64,000 nucleotides of DNA from a virus. Positions 27,646 through 36,490 of the stretch are shown here, in pieces. How positions within the stretch are numbered: the stretch's first letter is position 1; the number at the start of each line of letters is the position of its first letter. The DNA is taken from the IMG/VR virus record IMGVR_UViG_3300002835_000013. One strand, given 5' to 3'. Under the pieces are notes generated by a model, which saw only the letters and a program-made list of their open reading frames with translations, did no database searches and had not been told where the DNA came from. The translations under genes and the position numbers were made by a program.

Positions 27646-27711
27646 ATTATAGCACAATGGAACCGAGATGCAAGCGAAATCGTTTGTAAACGAGTGCGAC
27701 AGGTTGTCGCA
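27646..27711 (-). promoter_or_regulatory. Early promoter cassette 6
   Basis: CTTGCA...TGCTATAAT; palindrome 27695-27711. Confidence 0.85.
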
Positions 27712-27776
27712 CCTCTAAGTGACTGATTTCATTAATGATTTTATAAGTGATTGATTATAAAGCGATTTTATCTTAG

Positions 27777-28856
27777 TCAATTCTTCGATAGTATCAGATA
27801 CTCCGCATTAGGTTCATTGACCTCGTTTTTACAATTACCTGACTTGATTGCAAATGTCTGACTATTTGGTTTATGATCAAACTTAAATATATTTATCAGT
27901 TTTTGATGATCGCCAATAATTTCTATTAGGTTATCTATCTTTACTTTGGAACGATTACTATATGATATAAGTGTGTATTCTGTATCAAACTTTGTCAATA
28001 AAGATTTGAAAGAATCCTCGACGACAGAATTGTTTGTGCTTTCAAATTCCGAGATAGCACCTTTGATCTTATCACTCGATACATCATATCTTCTTTTAGA
28101 CGATCCGACTAAAACAGGACAGTCGTTCTTACATACTGTTGTCCATAGATGATAATAAGAAAAGTATCTTACTCGGGTCGTCTTTGTTTTTTCATTTGAT
28201 GTTCCATATGGAGGATCGAAGTAGCAAAGATCAAAACTATCCTTAACATCGAAGACATTTTTAGTATAAACTCTATGATCTAGATTATCTATTACATAGT
28301 TAGGAACTTTAAGATGTAAAGGTTTATACGTTTTTGAAGACCAATTCTTTAGATATGAGACCTGATGACCCATATCATTTGATACATTATCTAGAGCCAA
28401 CAACAGACTTGTTAATAACACGGATTTATCTATACAATCCATTGGATAAAGAATGTCTATCTCATTTCTAATTGCATCCAATTTTTCCGTAACATGCATT
28501 TGGAACGGTCTTTTAAAGCCATCTTCTTGAATCGAAGATCCATCTCTATCATAACCTCCGTAATTGATAGAGAACCATCCAACTGTTGGCGTTAAACTAT
28601 TTAAATGATCTACAATAGACTTATAATAACTATGAGGCTGTCTTGCTAACAAATAACATTCGGCAATATGTTTGGAATAGATTGCCATATCATTGCTAGT
28701 CGTAACGAATCCTTTGTGTTTGAAAAACTGTGAGACTCTGGTGCTACCAGAAAATCCATCGAGGACATTTTTTAAAGAAATGTCCTCAAGAATTAGATCA
28801 ATCTTTGGTAGTATCTTATTCTTACTGCCAGAGTATCTTATAGATTCATATCTCAT
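27777..28856 (-). CDS. DNA adenine methyltransferase (D12 / Dam-like class)
   Basis: RY.GSK, DGFSGS, YFDPPY, ISYS, EYL. Confidence 0.9.
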   Translation of the reverse strand: MRYESIRYSGSKNKILPKIDLILEDISLKNVLDGFSGSTRVSQFFKHKGFVTTSNDMAIYSKHIAECYLLARQPHSYYKSIVDHLNSLTPTVGWFSINYGGYDRDGSSIQEDGFKRPFQMHVTEKLDAIRNEIDILYPMDCIDKSVLLTSLLLALDNVSNDMGHQVSYLKNWSSKTYKPLHLKVPNYVIDNLDHRVYTKNVFDVKDSFDLCYFDPPYGTSNEKTKTTRVRYFSYYHLWTTVCKNDCPVLVGSSKRRYDVSSDKIKGAISEFESTNNSVVEDSFKSLLTKFDTEYTLISYSNRSKVKIDNLIEIIGDHQKLINIFKFDHKPNSQTFAIKSGNCKNEVNEPNAEYLILSKN

Positions 28857-29382
28857 TAACTATTTTTCCCACTCTTGAAACCCATGATAGAGGATAATTG
28901 ATTGTATGTTCTTTATTCTTCGAATTGGCACCACGGCGAGTTAGATTGTCTTCTGTGTAATCTAGAAATGCCGTGGTACTTACCTTATAAATGTATTTGA
29001 GTGTTAGTCCTTCAAACACACCACAATAAAATGCTTTATTTCTGGTGATGCGTTCAAGACTATCAGGCTTTCTTTCAGGATCGGAGAACATGCAATCGAT
29101 AGCAAAAGTTCCCGACTTTTTTCCATTGTTAGCAACTTTTTCCTGACAAGAAAGATACTCATAATAATTGATACCATCAGTAGCATCGGGGAGATGCTTG
29201 TTCTTAATGATCTTATGACCAAGACTATCTGCCATGATAACTTCTTTGATAAGACCTGGTTGTGTAATGTTATCAATTCCAGATTTTCTGAAAAGTTCTT
29301 GTGCTTTGTTTAGATGTTTAATTGCTTCACGAATGTCATCTGTAACATCGATCAGAATAGCGGATTCACTTATATTTCTCAT
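28846..29382 (-). CDS. PvuII-like restriction endonuclease
   Basis: End-to-end resemblance to PvuII as recalled (Q.L..K.GI..I.Q, DA.D...YE, G..L..IY, P...V...G); overlaps the MTase start. Confidence 0.6.
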   Translation of the reverse strand: MRNISESAILIDVTDDIREAIKHLNKAQELFRKSGIDNITQPGLIKEVIMADSLGHKIIKNKHLPDATDGINYYEYLSCQEKVANNGKKSGTFAIDCMFSDPERKPDSLERITRNKAFYCGVFEGLTLKYIYKVSTTAFLDYTEDNLTRRGANSKNKEHTINYPLSWVSRVGKIVNEI

Positions 29383-29403
29383 AACGACACCTTATAAAGT
29401 TAT

Positions 29404-29601
29404 TCAATGCTCGTAAAATTCGTCCACTTCGTCGTAATCATCGACATGTTCCATCCACGCCTTGGTCAGATTCCGAATAGGACGCTTCTTGGTCATGTCA
29501 GTCTGCGGACGCTCAATTCGCTTTCCGCCATACTTCTTGTCCTCTTCATATAGATCGACATAGAGAGGATCGATTTTGCGAGTTGGAGTCTTATTTTTCA
29601 T
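29404..29601 (-). CDS. Hypothetical protein
   Basis: ORF in operon. Confidence 0.55.
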   Translation of the reverse strand: MKNKTPTRKIDPLYVDLYEEDKKYGGKRIERPQTDMTKKRPIRNLTKAWMEHVDDYDEVDEFYEH

Positions 29602-29616
29602 AGAATGATATCCATG

Positions 29617-30048
29617 TTATGTTGGTAGCAGACCTTCGAATGCTTCACTAACGATTGCTGGCGTTAGATATGGCACCTTTAGATCCTTTCTAATCATGTT
29701 AGCATACACCTCGGCCTCTTTTGGCTCCAGTGATTCAAGAATCTGAATCAATAGTTCCTCTTTGCGCTTTTCTGTCAAAGTAGGAGGACACTGAGGATGA
29801 TCCTTCACAAAAAGATATACACGGCGCAAGGCGTCAGTGATATGATTATAAGACATACCTGGCGGCACATCTTCGCTCTTGTATTCTGGGATTTTCTTGA
29901 TACAAAATTCCACGTTAGGTGAGAATGCTCCCTGTAGAACACTCATTAGAGCAAAGTTTTTGTTTTTGCGAAGAACCTCAATTCTCTCCGCCTTTGTTTT
30001 AGCGTTTTTGAAATCATCAAAAACTTCATACACATTCTTAATAGCCAT
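29617..30048 (-). CDS. Conserved hypothetical protein typically downstream of rnh in T4-like phages
   Basis: R.E....Q.LE.L...EA, V.EAF..L motifs. Confidence 0.7.
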   Translation of the reverse strand: MAIKNVYEVFDDFKNAKTKAERIEVLRKNKNFALMSVLQGAFSPNVEFCIKKIPEYKSEDVPPGMSYNHITDALRRVYLFVKDHPQCPPTLTEKRKEELLIQILESLEPKEAEVYANMIRKDLKVPYLTPAIVSEAFEGLLPT

Positions 30049-30905
30049 TAGAAGTCTCCTATTGACTCAATCATTGCCTTGAGTCCTTTGTCAATAAAAT
30101 AGTTTAGCATCTTCTCTTTTGTAGCAGGCTTTGATTCCTCAAAAGCCACTACAATCTTCTTCTGAATTTCATCAGGTATATAGTCAAAATCAACCAGCAT
30201 TTGATTACGCTTAAACCCACGAAGCATATCAGCGTTACAAAAATCCGTGGCATCTTTCTGAACCCATTCAGAGAGTTTCTTACTGTTTATCGGCTTCTGA
30301 CGTTCACCAGCGGCAAAGCAGTTGTCAGGCGATAGAAAGTTTGGAATACCATCACCACGATCACCCTTTAGAATATGCTCACGAATGAACGTCTTAGGAT
30401 CATCAATCTTGATGAACCGCTTTAGAATAGGAGAATACTGTGAAACGTTTGGATACTTCTGTAGTTGTGCGAAGTCTTTGTCCGATGACAAAATGAGAAC
30501 ACTGCCATGCGGAGCCAACCGAGCGGTTAGAACGGCAATAACATCGTCGGCTTCGGCACCTTCGACATTTAGAGTCTTATAGGGAAAGTTGTCACGCAGT
30601 TCATCTCGGAGACGATTTAGAACATCAAAGATCATGTTCCAATCCAGACCAGATGCCTCTCGGTCGTGCTTACGATGCGCCTTGTAGAAAGGAAACACAT
30701 CACGGCGCCAGTAATGCTTGGAGTCGCAGCAAAGAATAACGTTATTGTATTTCGACCGAAACTGTTTTACATTGGATCGGATTGTATTGATACACATATG
30801 GCGAATAAGGTCTTCGCTCATTTCATGTTGTTTGGCCACAAACTTTAGATGCTGCATCAAGTTTGAGATAAGAACCTGGTTAAGGTCGATTAGCATGTAA
30901 GACAT
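30048..30905 (-). CDS. rnh: T4-type RNase H (5'-3' exonuclease)
   Basis: WRR..FP.YK..R, EADD, SSDKDF.QL, GD.GDGIPN. Confidence 0.95.
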   Translation of the reverse strand: MSYMLIDLNQVLISNLMQHLKFVAKQHEMSEDLIRHMCINTIRSNVKQFRSKYNNVILCCDSKHYWRRDVFPFYKAHRKHDREASGLDWNMIFDVLNRLRDELRDNFPYKTLNVEGAEADDVIAVLTARLAPHGSVLILSSDKDFAQLQKYPNVSQYSPILKRFIKIDDPKTFIREHILKGDRGDGIPNFLSPDNCFAAGERQKPINSKKLSEWVQKDATDFCNADMLRGFKRNQMLVDFDYIPDEIQKKIVVAFEESKPATKEKMLNYFIDKGLKAMIESIGDF

Positions 30906-30937
30906 AATATTTCCTTATTGAGTGAATAGATACTATA

Positions 30938-31336
30938 TCACTCTTCCTCGTCAGTGTCAAGATTATCTTTTGCTTGTGTCAATTCCAACATAATCTTTTC
31001 GATCTTTTCCTTAATCTCTTCCTTGGTCATTCCTTCACCACCTTCGATTAGCTTGACATTGTTATCCACAAAGTCATGGAGATGATGATCGATTCCAAAT
31101 GACCGATATACACAAGCCTTGAGTGCGTCCGCTACCAGAACAAAGTCTTTGGAGAACTGTTTGTTTTCCACTTCGACCATACAGTTGTCAAGTTCCGTGA
31201 TTAGCATTCCCGTTAGGTCATCAACAATAGCATCGGCCAACTTTTGGTCAGCCTTTGCTTGTCGTGCTATAAGATGCTCTTGTGGAACTTCTCGAACCAC
31301 CTTATGTTTTGGAAACTCGATTACTTTGTCGGTCAT
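30938..31336 (-). CDS. Hypothetical protein
   Basis: ORF; KVIEFP start. Confidence 0.6.
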   Translation of the reverse strand: MTDKVIEFPKHKVVREVPQEHLIARQAKADQKLADAIVDDLTGMLITELDNCMVEVENKQFSKDFVLVADALKACVYRSFGIDHHLHDFVDNNVKLIEGGEGMTKEEIKEKIEKIMLELTQAKDNLDTDEEE

Positions 31337-32073
31337 TTGTTATCCTTGAAAACTGATTTGTCATTGTAACAAGTATACGTCACATAGCTCCATATTCTGT
31401 TAGCATAGTAGAAAGCAGCCTTTTCTGTAATATAAAGCATGTTATCACGAAACGGAGAACTCTCGATATTTAGAAACCTCTCGCCCATTCTCATACACGC
31501 TGCCACAATATTGTCCGTGATATCTTCTCGGTCAATATATCGAAACGGACATCTATTAGATGCTAGATGCTTTTCTAAGGAGGCATCGGTATCTGTAACA
31601 ACAAACACTCCGTTGGAATCAAGCACTCGCCGAACTTCAATCAAAAACAGTTGAGGGTTATCATAACAATGCATCGACTCAACATTTGTTACGATATCGA
31701 ACGTAGAGTTATTGAACGATATGTTATGAGCATCCATAACATAATAAGAATCGTCCTTGAATACCCTATTAGCAAACGAGATATTGTCCTCGCTGATATC
31801 GATCCCTGTGGCGCCAGCGAAACCATAGTTTCCTGTTTTGAACATATTGACCGCACCGCCACGACCACAACCAACGTCCAGAATATTCTTGTTTTCGGTC
31901 ACAAGATTTTTCAGTAGATGTTGGTATAGGGATTTCTGATAGCCATTGAAGTAGTCGGATGATAGATCGACCTCAGGATCTTCTGTATAATATCCATGAT
32001 TGAAAAAGGTCAGGATATCAGGACAGATTTCATTGAAGTGTTTATAATGTTGTATTGTATCTAACGGGTTCAT
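31333..32073 (-). CDS. Class I SAM-dependent methyltransferase
   Basis: LDVGCGRGG, GID, FD.V.NVES.H.Y. Confidence 0.85.
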   Translation of the reverse strand: MNPLDTIQHYKHFNEICPDILTFFNHGYYTEDPEVDLSSDYFNGYQKSLYQHLLKNLVTENKNILDVGCGRGGAVNMFKTGNYGFAGATGIDISEDNISFANRVFKDDSYYVMDAHNISFNNSTFDIVTNVESMHCYDNPQLFLIEVRRVLDSNGVFVVTDTDASLEKHLASNRCPFRYIDREDITDNIVAACMRMGERFLNIESSPFRDNMLYITEKAAFYYANRIWSYVTYTCYNDKSVFKDNK

Positions 32074-33191
32074 TTTACTACTCTCAATAGAAGTGTATCA
32101 GTGTTGATACGACCAGTTGCTTTTTGTTCTGTTGTGGTGATGTTATCCATAACCTTGCGAAGATAGATTTTGCCACCTTCGAGAAGAGGTTTGATTACCG
32201 CTTCTGGCTTACGGAGTTTCTTTGTGACCGAAGTTGTCTCGTCAAATCCTGTAAGCGTAGACCCTCTGACCGAAAGGCCAGAATGACCCACGGCATTATA
32301 CACAGAAAGATTACGAGTCTTAGCATTATAAACCCAAAGTTGCGAAGCACCAATAATCTCCTTAGGATCGATACTCTTATATTCATCATTGTTAGGTAGA
32401 TAGTTCATCTTGGAAACCAGCACACTCGCTGGCTTTACCTTCTTCTTGCGTGGCTTACGAATAGTCTGACCAGCAGAATCCAGTTCTACCATATGATCGA
32501 TTAGTCGCTTGATGAAAAGCGCCATGATTTTAAGAACTGGCTTACGCCAACCCTTATACGACTCAGCCAACTCTTTGTCTTTGCCTTCGAGGGCTTCGGT
32601 GATTTCATTGTATTGAGGACGGAAGTGTTCTGCAATCCTCTTCGCAATTTGCGGTTTAATTCCCTTCTCAAGGGACCACTTCTTAACATCGAACTGAATA
32701 ACTCCTTCTTGGAAGAACACGTCCAACTGTTCTTCCAACTCGCCGATTAGATCGGACGCTTTATTGTTGATACGGTCCTGGATTGATACGATCTTGACAA
32801 CTGCCGCTGGTTCTTCGTCGTTATCGATTGTAACAGCAGAAGCAAGTTGTTTGATTCTGGAATAGCAACGATCCCAAACACCATCAGGCAGATTACTGCC
32901 ATTATGGAGCAAACGGCAGTTCCAACCGATGTTATGAAGATCAATGGCATTTACTTTAGAGAGTTTTGTGATTGTGTCTTTGTTGTATTTGATATACTTG
33001 AGGTAGGAGATTGTGAAGTTTTTGGCGTCCTCACTATTATAGAAATAGTTGAACCATGTGTATGCCCTGGCCATATCGCCCTGCGTGGCCTTTTCGGTGA
33101 CTGTGGGTTCCGGACCCAGATACTTTTCATCAGCAAATTTAGGTCGTCTTACGGTAGCCGACTTTCTCACCTTTTTCTCCTTGTCTTTCAA
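32070..33191 (-). CDS. Conserved hypothetical T4-like phage protein
   Basis: IIGA..LWVYN.K.R.L, KKLRKPE, GRIN...LL. Confidence 0.75.
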   Translation of the reverse strand: MKDKEKKVRKSATVRRPKFADEKYLGPEPTVTEKATQGDMARAYTWFNYFYNSEDAKNFTISYLKYIKYNKDTITKLSKVNAIDLHNIGWNCRLLHNGSNLPDGVWDRCYSRIKQLASAVTIDNDEEPAAVVKIVSIQDRINNKASDLIGELEEQLDVFFQEGVIQFDVKKWSLEKGIKPQIAKRIAEHFRPQYNEITEALEGKDKELAESYKGWRKPVLKIMALFIKRLIDHMVELDSAGQTIRKPRKKKVKPASVLVSKMNYLPNNDEYKSIDPKEIIGASQLWVYNAKTRNLSVYNAVGHSGLSVRGSTLTGFDETTSVTKKLRKPEAVIKPLLEGGKIYLRKVMDNITTTEQKATGRINTDTLLLRVVK

Positions 33192-33636
33192 GATGTTGTT
33201 TCCAAAGTTCGTAAAGTTCTTTTTCTAGTTGTGCTGCTTCTATTTCCCACGGCAGCTTTTTATAATCGACCATATGCTCATTGAACATAGTGCCTTGCCA
33301 CTTTTGATAACTGCCATACTCCATATCTATAAGTTCTTTTCTAGCATACTGTTTGACGTGGACAAGTTCATGTGCCAGTGTCCGAAATAAAAATACAGGT
33401 CCAAGGTCTGCGTCAATTTCTATTTCAAACTTACGATGGTTCCTTGTTTCGTCATCTGTCCATGTAGCGAAACCAAAACACTTAGTATTCTTATATAGAT
33501 TTTTCTTGAGTTTGATTTTGACATGGACATTTCTACTTAGGCGTTTCAAGAGGTAATCGCAAAAAAAGTTTGCTGCGGATCGAATTGATCTAGTATGAAC
33601 CTTTTTTGCGCTACCTATGATCTTGATTGTTGCCAT
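33139..33636 (-). CDS. Zincin-like metallopeptidase
   Basis: AHELVHVKQ...PWEIEA. Confidence 0.75.
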   Translation of the reverse strand: MATIKIIGSAKKVHTRSIRSAANFFCDYLLKRLSRNVHVKIKLKKNLYKNTKCFGFATWTDDETRNHRKFEIEIDADLGPVFLFRTLAHELVHVKQYARKELIDMEYGSYQKWQGTMFNEHMVDYKKLPWEIEAAQLEKELYELWKQHLERQGEKGEKVGYRKTT

Positions 33637-33637
33637 G

Positions 33638-33931
33638 TTATCCGAAGATGTATCCGTAATCTTTGAAGTCGTTGATCACACAGATACCATCCTCAGTTTC
33701 GCCTACATCATACTCCAATGCCTCGGCAAAGTCAATAGCCTGGTTAAGTGTATGAAATACTTCGCTTTCACCAAACGTTTCCTTGATAGCGGAAAGATTT
33801 CCTTCATATAATGCCTTATCAGCATTCCACTCACCATAGATGTTTCCAATGGAATGAGAATAAGAGACACGATATTCAGGACCCTTTTCTGTTTCCGTTA
33901 GAAGGACATAGATTCCGTTATCAACCGACAT
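33638..33931 (-). CDS. Hypothetical protein
   Basis: MS.DNGIY.L start; coupled ORF. Confidence 0.6.
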   Translation of the reverse strand: MSVDNGIYVLLTETEKGPEYRVSYSHSIGNIYGEWNADKALYEGNLSAIKETFGESEVFHTLNQAIDFAEALEYDVGETEDGICVINDFKDYGYIFG

Positions 33932-34188
33932 TATTCTTCTCCCTCGTCACCATCATTCATAAAAGTTGATTTGAACAAGCGAACAAACCAAGAGAACATG
34001 AAAGGTGCCCAAAGCGGAGCAGTCACCTCTACCCATGTCCAGTTCTGGAGATGGTCGGTCAACTTTAGACCAATGAACAGTAGTGCTAGACCGTCCATAA
34101 AGTTGATGCCATCGGACGAGGCTGACACGTTGATGATTTTGCTATTCTCGCTCAAGTTCTTCACCTTTGTTGGTAGATCCATAGGCAT
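33931..34188 (-). CDS. Small membrane protein
   Basis: L.FI.LKLT...W.W..V.APLW. Confidence 0.65.
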   Translation of the reverse strand: MPMDLPTKVKNLSENSKIINVSASSDGINFMDGLALLFIGLKLTDHLQNWTWVEVTAPLWAPFMFSWFVRLFKSTFMNDGDEGEE

Positions 34189-34288
34189 TACTTCTTCTTT
34201 CTTCCTTTGAGACGACGGGCTTTGCGTTTTGTTGAACCAATCTTACGACGACCCTTGCGAGGTCTATTCTTATGTGGATGCGCCATAC

Positions 34289-34564
34289 TTACTCCCTCAA
34301 TAGTGTTTTCACGGTTTTCACGGAATCATAACGAAAGGATCGCCATCCATCTGCGTCAATATCCCATACTACCTGAACATCATCATTCAACTGCCGAGCA
34401 GGCTTTGCTACCTGTCCATCATATTCTGATAGCATCTGCGGTAGCGGTACATATAGATCAGAAAGAGTGGCACGCATGGTGCGTTCCGTTCCATCTTTCT
34501 TCTCAAAGACAACGGTAACAACACCGTTCTTCAAGTCTTCTTTTAGTCCATACTTGTCAATCAT
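34289..34564 (-). CDS. WYL-like / SH3-fold phage protein
   Basis: V.F.K.DGT.R.M.ATL...WD....WRSF. Confidence 0.75.
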   Translation of the reverse strand: MIDKYGLKEDLKNGVVTVVFEKKDGTERTMRATLSDLYVPLPQMLSEYDGQVAKPARQLNDDVQVVWDIDADGWRSFRYDSVKTVKTLLRE

Positions 34565-34794
34565 AGTTTTCCTTCCTCATGTAGATTGGAAAGTTCATTA
34601 TAGCCGCCAATGTAACGACTGTCAATAGTGATTACGGGAAAGGTTTTGGCAGTAGGATATAATGCCTTGATAGTCTCTCTGGAAAAGTCTCTTTCTAGTT
34701 TATATTCAATAAAGAACTTTCCTTGACTTCTTAGAAGTTCCCTGGCTTTGTCACAGAAGGAACATTCATCTTTGGAATAAATTACGATAGCCAT
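34561..34794 (-). CDS. nrdC: Glutaredoxin
   Basis: CSFC active site, TFP.I, IGGY. Confidence 0.9.
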   Translation of the reverse strand: MAIVIYSKDECSFCDKARELLRSQGKFFIEYKLERDFSRETIKALYPTAKTFPVITIDSRYIGGYNELSNLHEEGKL

Positions 34795-34860
34795 GTTTAC
34801 CTCATTGTCTTATATAATAGCAGAATCATTTTGGAATGTCAAGTGAAAAATCTAAAAACG

Positions 34861-34927
34861 CTAAATAGATGTAGGTCGCAGGATTGCCGTCCTCACCTAC
34901 TCTAACGCTAAACAGGAGCGCCAGCAT
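34861..34927 (+). promoter_or_regulatory. Late promoter (CTAAATA) plus structured leader of the GIY-YIG gene
   Basis: Same stem architecture as 21586-21653, with compensatory changes. Confidence 0.75.
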
Positions 34928-35422
34928 ATGTCTTACTATATATACGCCTATATTCGTCAAAACGGAACTCCCTATTATATCGGTAAAGGAAAAGGTAAAC
35001 GAGCCTGGAGTATTCATCCTGGTGTTTCTGTTCCTAAAGATCCTTCTCGCATAGTCATAATGGAATCAAACCTAACTAATGTGGGCGCCTGTGCTTTGGA
35101 GCGCCGATATATTAGATGGTTCGGTCGCAAAGACCTCGGCACTGGTATTCTCATAAACAGAACCGAAGGAGGTGATGGTAATACTAGTCCTCGTTCCGAC
35201 GAATGGAAAAAAGAACATAGTGTAAAAATGTCAGGATCTAATAATCCTATGTTTGGTAAAACAAGAAAACCCATTGATCGTTCATATATGAAAACCGAAG
35301 AATATCGTAAGAAGATAAGTGAAGCAAAGAAAGGTAAACCTAATCTAAAACTCCGTGGTCGTGTTTTCACCGAAGAATGGAAAAGAAAGATTAGCGAGTC
35401 CAAGAAGAAACCCTTACTTTAG
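34928..35422 (+). CDS. Free-standing GIY-YIG-type homing endonuclease with NUMOD3 repeats
   Basis: YIYAY...PYYIGKG...R, E...I, N.T.GGDG; [15 protein letters not shown]. Confidence 0.8.
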   Translation: MSYYIYAYIRQNGTPYYIGKGKGKRAWSIHPGVSVPKDPSRIVIMESNLTNVGACALERRYIRWFGRKDLGTGILINRTEGGDGNTSPRSDEWKKEHSVKMSGSNNPMFGKTRKPIDRSYMKTEEYRKKISEAKKGKPNLKLRGRVFTEEWKRKISESKKKPLL

Positions 35423-35815
35423 TGCTTTCACATGAGTTCGCCTAACTCTCAAAAAAATCCAATCGTTATAATAGTCCTCGGAAATCAAAGCGTTTCGGTC
35501 AAACTGTTCCTTCGCTTCCATATACGAAGCCTCGCCTTTACTCTTACATAGATAGAGGATTTCTCTTGTGAACTTTTCTTTGCCGAATAGATCAACATGC
35601 GAAAGGAGTTCTTTGTTTGAACCATAGTAATCCAGCCAATCCGAATCAACCTGTTTCTTCACTCGCTTACCTTTTCTCTTGGTGCTGCGAGTGAAACGAA
35701 ACAGTTTCTTGCCTACATATTTCTTATCAGTGACCGTGTTTGTTATCAGATAAACAAACGCCACATATCCATCTGGTATTTCAGTAAGTGGTTCTTTGTT
35801 GTATGTCCATGCCAT
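35414..35815 (-). CDS. Conserved GIY-YIG family protein
   Basis: FVYLITN....KYVGKK, SDW..YYGS, F.REIL, YYN. Confidence 0.8.
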   Translation of the reverse strand: MAWTYNKEPLTEIPDGYVAFVYLITNTVTDKKYVGKKLFRFTRSTKRKGKRVKKQVDSDWLDYYGSNKELLSHVDLFGKEKFTREILYLCKSKGEASYMEAKEQFDRNALISEDYYNDWIFLRVRRTHVKALK

Positions 35816-35930
35816 ACAGATATATAGTCATCGATTTATAAACCAATCATATATCTTGGCAGAAACAACAATCAAAATACCGTAGACTATTACCAATAGA
35901 GGTGCGATAAAAAGAAGATATGTCCATGCG

Positions 35931-36149
35931 TCAATCTTCAAAGGCTTCTACCTCTGGCGGATACTTTTCGTTCCACACTACATCAAATGCCGGATCGATA
36001 TCAAGATATCCTTCCATGCCTTTGACTTCAAACTCTTCCAAAACTTCTAATAGAATCCTGTATGTTTCTTCTCGTTCTAATACACCAACATCGCTTTCAA
36101 CATACTGTTCAATAAACTGTCCAAATATGGCCGCTCTTTCTCCGGTCAT
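35931..36149 (-). CDS. Hypothetical acidic protein
   Basis: Coupled ORF. Confidence 0.55.
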   Translation of the reverse strand: MTGERAAIFGQFIEQYVESDVGVLEREETYRILLEVLEEFEVKGMEGYLDIDPAFDVVWNEKYPPEVEAFED

Positions 36150-36490
36150 CCTTCTTTATCCTTTCTGAAATAAGACATGTAACTTGTGACAGAATCGGAG
36201 AACATCTTATAACTGAAAGCCGCTGCGATAAACACATTTCTATACCATTCATAAACTAGATTTCTAGCCAACAAGTCCGACTCTTTTATTTTCTTTCTTC
36301 TGGGTCTTTTCTTTAGTAAAGACTTATCTTCTATCATAGTCTCAAAAAACTTTATTCTTCCTTCTATGTAAAGTTTGCCCTTCTCCACTTGAGGATCATT
36401 TCTCAAAAGTTTAGAAACTCTCCTTAGATGCTTTCTATTTCTCATTGAAATGTGGAGTTGTTCAAGTAAGATTTCGTCAAGTTCATTCAT
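36146..36490 (-). CDS. Hypothetical protein
   Basis: ORF coupled to the glycosyltransferase stop. Confidence 0.55.
   Translation of the reverse strand: MNELDEILLEQLHISMRNRKHLRRVSKLLRNDPQVEKGKLYIEGRIKFFETMIEDKSLLKKRPRRKKIKESDLLARNLVYEWYRNVFIAAAFSYKMFSDSVTSYMSYFRKDKEG

Noticed and set aside
19979-27711. Repeated palindromic sequence as a CRISPR array
   Set aside because: Copies are hundreds to thousands of bases apart, separated by genes and tied to -35/-10 boxes; no cas operon (the Cas4-like exonuclease is a normal phage gene)
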